64,000 nt of DNA, taken from positions 2,155,979-2,219,978 of the forward strand of contig CAVNZM010000007.1 of assembly GCA_963693365.1 (NCBI GenBank), given 5' to 3'. The notes under the pieces are model-generated. The model made no database searches. It had not been told where the DNA came from and was given only the letters and a program-made list of their open reading frames with translations. The position numbers and the translations under genes were made by a program. Of the stretch, positions 58,468 through 64,000 are shown piece after piece. Within the stretch, counting starts at the first letter, position 1; every line of letters starts with the position of its first letter. This stretch comes from Amoebidium appalachense (Eukaryota > Protista > Ichthyosporea).

Positions 58468-60316
58468 CGTGTATTACATACTTGGAACACAGTCACAAGT
58501 GGTAGGGGAAAAAAAGCACATGTATGAGATAAAAATATATTAATTTTATATAATATATGCCATATTACAAGTGACTGTTATAGGCGGCGCGGGGGGAGCC
58601 ATGTTATGTATGTCACAGTCGTACTGATTTGTCCCGAGTATTTATTCAGCACGTTACTATATATGTCTATAAGATAACCAATATTATTGGTCTTTTTCTC
58701 CCTTGGAATACGATTGGCTAAAAAGTAGACCAATGCGGTTGTTGTTGCCTTTTCAACCCCTGCTTCGAAGTAGCCCCCAGACTGTGTGCATTCGCTTCGG
58801 TTGGCACACAGTTTTTTTTTTTCAAAAAAAAAAAAAAGAAAAGAAAAAAAACCTAAAATAGAAATCTCTCAATACTTTTTCAGTACTGCATTCAAAACAG
58901 TTCATCTTACAAGGCATGCTTAAGAATTCAAGACCCTGGAGTGACAACGTATCTCCCGAGACTATAATAGTTTCTCATGTTCAAGACTAGATACATGTCA
59001 GCCTGAGCTGATACACTCTACTAACCGCGACTGATCGAGGCTCGACAGAACCAAGGACATCGCACGAGCAAAATTTCTAACCGCATAACGCACATCTACA
59101 AAGAAAATATAATGGTAAATTAGTATACTCTAAACATGCAGTGAAATTAGTAAGCATGTTTTAGCTGCACACTCCGCCGGGGGAATCGTGTAAAGCCCAC
59201 CCCTTTTGAATTGTTAAATCAGACTTTTCACTATCTAGTAAATAATAAATATCACGCCTACAAACATTTAAAGCAGCAGGTTTAGGAGACTTATATAACC
59301 CCAGCGTTTGTTTAGCGACTCATTGTCGAACTGTTTTGGAATAGTGGCCACCTTGCTTGCTTTTTTCGAATTCCTGTTCAGCAGTTTTTTTCCCACCCAG
59401 GGCCAAAAAGGCAAGCAAAAACGAATCCCGAGCCATACATACACTTTGACGTTTTCACTACGGTTTGTTATGGTTTTCGCCAAGTGATCATCACCACCAC
59501 GGCCCTCATTCCCCACGCCACAACACACTTGGAAACCTCAAGGGCAGTGACCACATGCTGTAAGACCAGATCTCCGCTTGAATGTTGATTCGCACACGAG
59601 GCACCATCTCCGGACAAGTAAACGAATTTTCCTGTGTGATAGCATTTGCTTGCTGCCTCCGGCCCTACCCTTTTCTTCTGTAAGGTTGCATGGCAGTGGT
59701 GGATGCCTCATTGGTTGAGCCATGGGATACTAATTGTGTGCCATGGAATCAGTGGGTCAAAGAATGTCAAATGCAATAGTTGCAGATGTAAACAGAAGGA
59801 ATACCGGAGCACCAACCAAGCAATACTCTTAACATTCCCAATACCTCTTTTTAGCTATGCTGTGCAAGATGCCTCGGGCAGAGCATTTGGTTGATTCTTT
59901 AGAGATCCAGTGAAAGAATGAGCTCATCAGACTGAGTAACTATGCTGTTTCTTGTGTGCCTGGTGCGAATGCAGGCAGTGACGCCTTTTGCACTTTTGAA
60001 ATTTAAGTGGGTCTCCTTTTGCTCCCAACAGCCTCTGTCACCTCGAGAACTTCTTAGTTGTATCACCTCAGAGTCTTTCTTTTTCTCATTTGATAATACG
60101 CAGTCAACCGTAAAAATACCGTTGAACTTATTACAAACCCCCCCCCCCCCACCCACCCAACCCCACACACACTAAGACCTCCCTCCCTTGACACAGGCAA
60201 ACACACACACACACGTACACACACGTACACATACACGTACACACGCACGCACACACACACGCACACACACACACACACACACTGACACACACACACAAAC
60301 ACAAAGATTATCAAAC

Positions 60317-60715
60317 ATGACTCGGCGAACACCAGGAGACGCTCTGAGCGATGCACACCTTGCATTGGCTTCAGTTGACGACGGCATGGACATGCATGAT
60401 ATTAAAAATTTAAAGGGGTTGGAGGCGGAGGGTGAACCCCATTGCCATACCATCAACTACACACCGTCTGATGATACTGTGGACTATGAGGAGGAGCCAG
60501 TGCGTGTGCATGTCTGTGAGTGTACGATTGTGTGTGTGTGTGTCTGTGTGTGGTGGTGGTGGGGAGGGGGGGGAAGAAGGGGTCCGAGATCATGAGCTCG
60601 GGAGGAGGGGGCGGAAGGGGATGTGGGTGCGGGGGTGGGGTGGGGGTGGGGGGGGCCGGGGGGGGGGGTCGTTGTATGTTTGAGGACGTGTGTTTGTATG
60701 GCCGTGGTTATCACA

Positions 60716-60753
<38 letters not shown>

Positions 60754-61950
60754 GTATGTGTGTGTGTGTGTGCTGAAGTGTATTTGTGTTACACACTCTG
60801 CGTGTGTGACTTTGTCTGTACATACTATGGTGATGATGCCATTGGTGTGTATGTGGTGACAGGCGTGAGACTCAGTGTTGAACACTGGGTGTATGCATTT
60901 ACGCAAAGCTGGGCGAAGCATCTCTTTCATGCCTGTGTCGGACATATGATTGTTAAAGTTGGGCGATGCCTATGGCCATGAACAAGCAAAGAACCAGAAA
61001 CTGCAGACATATCAAAGTATTGACTTAGACGGTACGGGTACGATGTTTATTGCTAAGGATTACATGAATGCCCATTTGGAAGAGTCCGTAAGGAGCATCA
61101 TTCCTTAGCCGGTTATCCCTAAACTTGTTGGATATTTCAACAGCCTGGCAACATGTGTAGTTTTTGATAGGTCACCTCTAATCGACAGGACCCTTTCTGC
61201 CACACACACATCCCGGCCGCCGAATAAACGCGAGAAAAGACATAGCGACACACAGGCACTTAAAGTCATGCAATCCCAACACTTCCACATGGGGTGATAC
61301 CCTGGGCAAAGTGTGTACATATAGTTAGGACTGTTATAGGTGTGTTAGTTTAGCTACTAGCATCGTAGCACCCTAGCTAGAGTACTGTCGGTGCTGGCTG
61401 GAAGACGGTAGTTCCCCCTGAGGGCCCCTAGGGGTACCTCCAAGAACAAAACGGGATAAAATAATTTACCAACACTTCCACAACAACCAACTTATCAACT
61501 ACCCACCTGCACAGGTCAAATGGCACCGCAAGCGGAAATTCGGGGAGTTCCAAAACGTCACCTGGATTCATTCATCCGTCCTCCTTATTCTAGCTGTCGC
61601 CATTGTCATGTGTGTGGTTTATCTGGGCCCAAGAAATAGCAACCACGACAGTGAAATGGGTGCGTTTCGACCCATTGAATCCGGCGCCGGGGGACTTATA
61701 CGCGGTATCGACACCCACCATCCACTAGAGCATGTAGAGTATAAGTTCACCGTGGATGGTAATGTGGGGGTGACACAATCCCACGATACTCAGCATGAGC
61801 CCCTTGTGGTTACCGTCAGGGGGGTTCAGCGAAATACTGCTGGGCCGGCTGATAATGCCACCCCGTACGCTAATATTCCGGGGCTGGAGTTTACGACTAC
61901 TCAATATACTGTAGAACCGGTAGGACCCCCCCCCCCTCCCCCCCCGCCCC

Positions 61951-61984
<34 letters not shown>

Positions 61985-62750
61985 CCTCCATGATTGGCTT
62001 TGTCTATACATTGCAATATCTCTTCCTTTCTTTGAAACTTGAGCAGCATGATATCCCAATTCCTCTCCTCGCCACTTCCCACAACGTGTTAGTTTTTCCA
62101 AACATGGCATAAACGCTGTTCGCTGGGTTTCACCGCTTCACCCCGCCTTTACCCCATCCACTTCTCCGCCCCTACCCTACATTCCTTTCGTTCCATACCC
62201 CACTACCACCACTGCGGGCTGTGATATTGTTCCCTCACATGCCCCCCGGGGTGGGTGGGGGGGGGGGGGGGGCCACCACTCCCTGATCTATTCTTACCGC
62301 AACACATCCCTGTTTCCCCTCAGCACATCCCCTCACCCTACCTCTTCTCGTCTCTCTCCCCCATCCCCTCCGTCTTCGTGTTCTCTTAGCCAATTTGATG
62401 CTGTGTTGTTAGTAATGAATGCGTAACTCCGACGCATGCTAACCCCTCTCCCTGGGCCCCCACTCTGCAAATGCTGCACACTCCACGCTGTGCTTGTGTT
62501 GCATACTTTTGTTTGCCTTTGCATGTGTCCTTCACCATGTTTCTCATCGTGTAAATATACTTCGTACCATATTCCGAATTCTAACCCTCCCCTCCCCCCC
62601 CCCCCCCCCCCTCCAGCTCACAGCCATGTCCGCCTTTGACTTCACATGCACCGAGTGTACTGGACCTGACTTTGCCCTCCGCTTCACGGCCAACATCAAC
62701 CACACGGTGGTGGCTCAAATGCATCTCATTCAGATCGGCACAATCGGAAA
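60317..62750 (+). CDS. Unknown type II membrane protein, partial; exons 60317-60499, 61515-61919, 62617-62750, continues downstream
   Basis: In-frame GT-AG joins; basic stretch KWHRKRK then a hydrophobic segment [16 protein letters not shown], then a beta-rich luminal region. Confidence 0.65.
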
Positions 62751-63780
62751 GTACGTACCCCCCCCTTCCCCCCCCCCCCCCCCCCCCCCCCCCCCACCAC
62801 CACCACCACCAACACACCTCCCCCCCTTGCTACATCAAACCCCAAAAGCATACACACAGGCATTCCATCTGCACTTTGCTAATATAAATCAGGCCAAATT
62901 AGAGGGAAAGCTCTCACAACGGGAGGTGAAAAAACGTCTCCGAACATCGTAAACCTTTCAATCGCTCAACAAGTCATCAGATTTAGCGTTCGCTTCATGC
63001 CTGCCTTGGCCACCGTGGGCTTCTCACCATCCGATCGTGACTCATCCAACCCCCAACCCCTTCTCCCCCAATGACGTGGGCCCACCCTGAGGATGGGCTC
63101 TGCTTATTATGCATACCCTTTATGTATGGTTTGCACTCTACATCGTGTTATCCGTTGTTTATTATACTTCCTACTTTATAGCGCATTCGACCCCTCCCCA
63201 CTCCCCCCTCCCCCCGCCTCCTCCCTGTCCCTTTCTTTCTCTGAAAGGGATGATGCAACCGTCCTCGGTCTGACTTGTATACCAGTGGCTAAATTCAACA
63301 GCGTTTCTTTAATTTCGTATTCATTAGCTTTCTACCACCCCCCCCCCCCCACCCCCCCCCCCTTCCCCCCTTAACCCCCCCTCCCCCCCCTCCCCCCTTA
63401 CCCCCCCCCCCCCCTTAAAAAAAAAAAAAAACAATTGCTGATGCTCCTGAGTTGGCAATACTCCCTCCCCCCCCTCCCCCCCCCCCCCCCCCCACGCGGT
63501 GGCCGCCGCCGCCACCTGCCCTTCTCGCCCTTCTCGCCCTTCTTCCTCCCCAGCCTGGCCACCCCCTTTTCCCCATGCTAAGCAATACAAACACCCCCTT
63601 TTCCCCATGCTAAGCAATACAAACACCCACACATGTACACACCTGTAGGCACATATTCACATTCACACAATCAGACAGGCAGATTTATCACCTACGTATA
63701 CCCATACGCACTCACAACGCTCACTCATTCACTCACTCACTCACTCACTCACTCACTCCACATGTTTTTCACCCCCTCCT

Positions 63781-63824
<44 letters not shown>

Positions 63825-64000
63825 ACCCTAACCCCCCCCCACCCACCCACCCACTCAAACACAAACACACAAACACACACCCTCCTCTTCTCCCCTCTCC
63901 CCTCCCCACCCCCACCCCCCTCCCATCCCTCCCTCTCCCCCTTCCCCCCTCCCATCCTTCCCTCTCCCCCCCTTTCCCCCCCCCCCCCCCCCCCCCCCAA

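Overview
Eukaryotic, intron-containing, repeat-rich DNA, probably a long-read assembly: many poly-G/C/A runs look unreliable. The gene content (CotH kinase, secreted trypsins, multi-globin) would fit a unicellular opisthokont or fungus-like lineage, but that is inference. The first ~41 kb is a transposon cluster. It holds a Ty3/Gypsy element, a ~160-bp satellite, and a complete Ngaro-type tyrosine-recombinase retrotransposon with A1...B1A2-B2 split direct repeats. After that come an unexplained block of orphan ORFs capped by a 211-bp perfect hairpin with two small 'ears', a MITE with a 6-bp TSD, an intact two-ORF LINE, and a degenerate piggyBac transposase followed by a full-length Copia (5-bp TSD, half-tRNA PBS). 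Host genes are two intronless trypsin paralogues, a 3-exon CotH kinase, a two-globin-domain gene and a type II membrane protein gene. The most interesting signals are: (1) recurrent 3-6 bp insertions that are inverted copies of adjacent bases, (2) the hairpin/orphan-ORF module, (3) introns with (AC)n or poly-A acceptors instead of U-rich tracts, and (4) a possible gag-UAG-pol readthrough.
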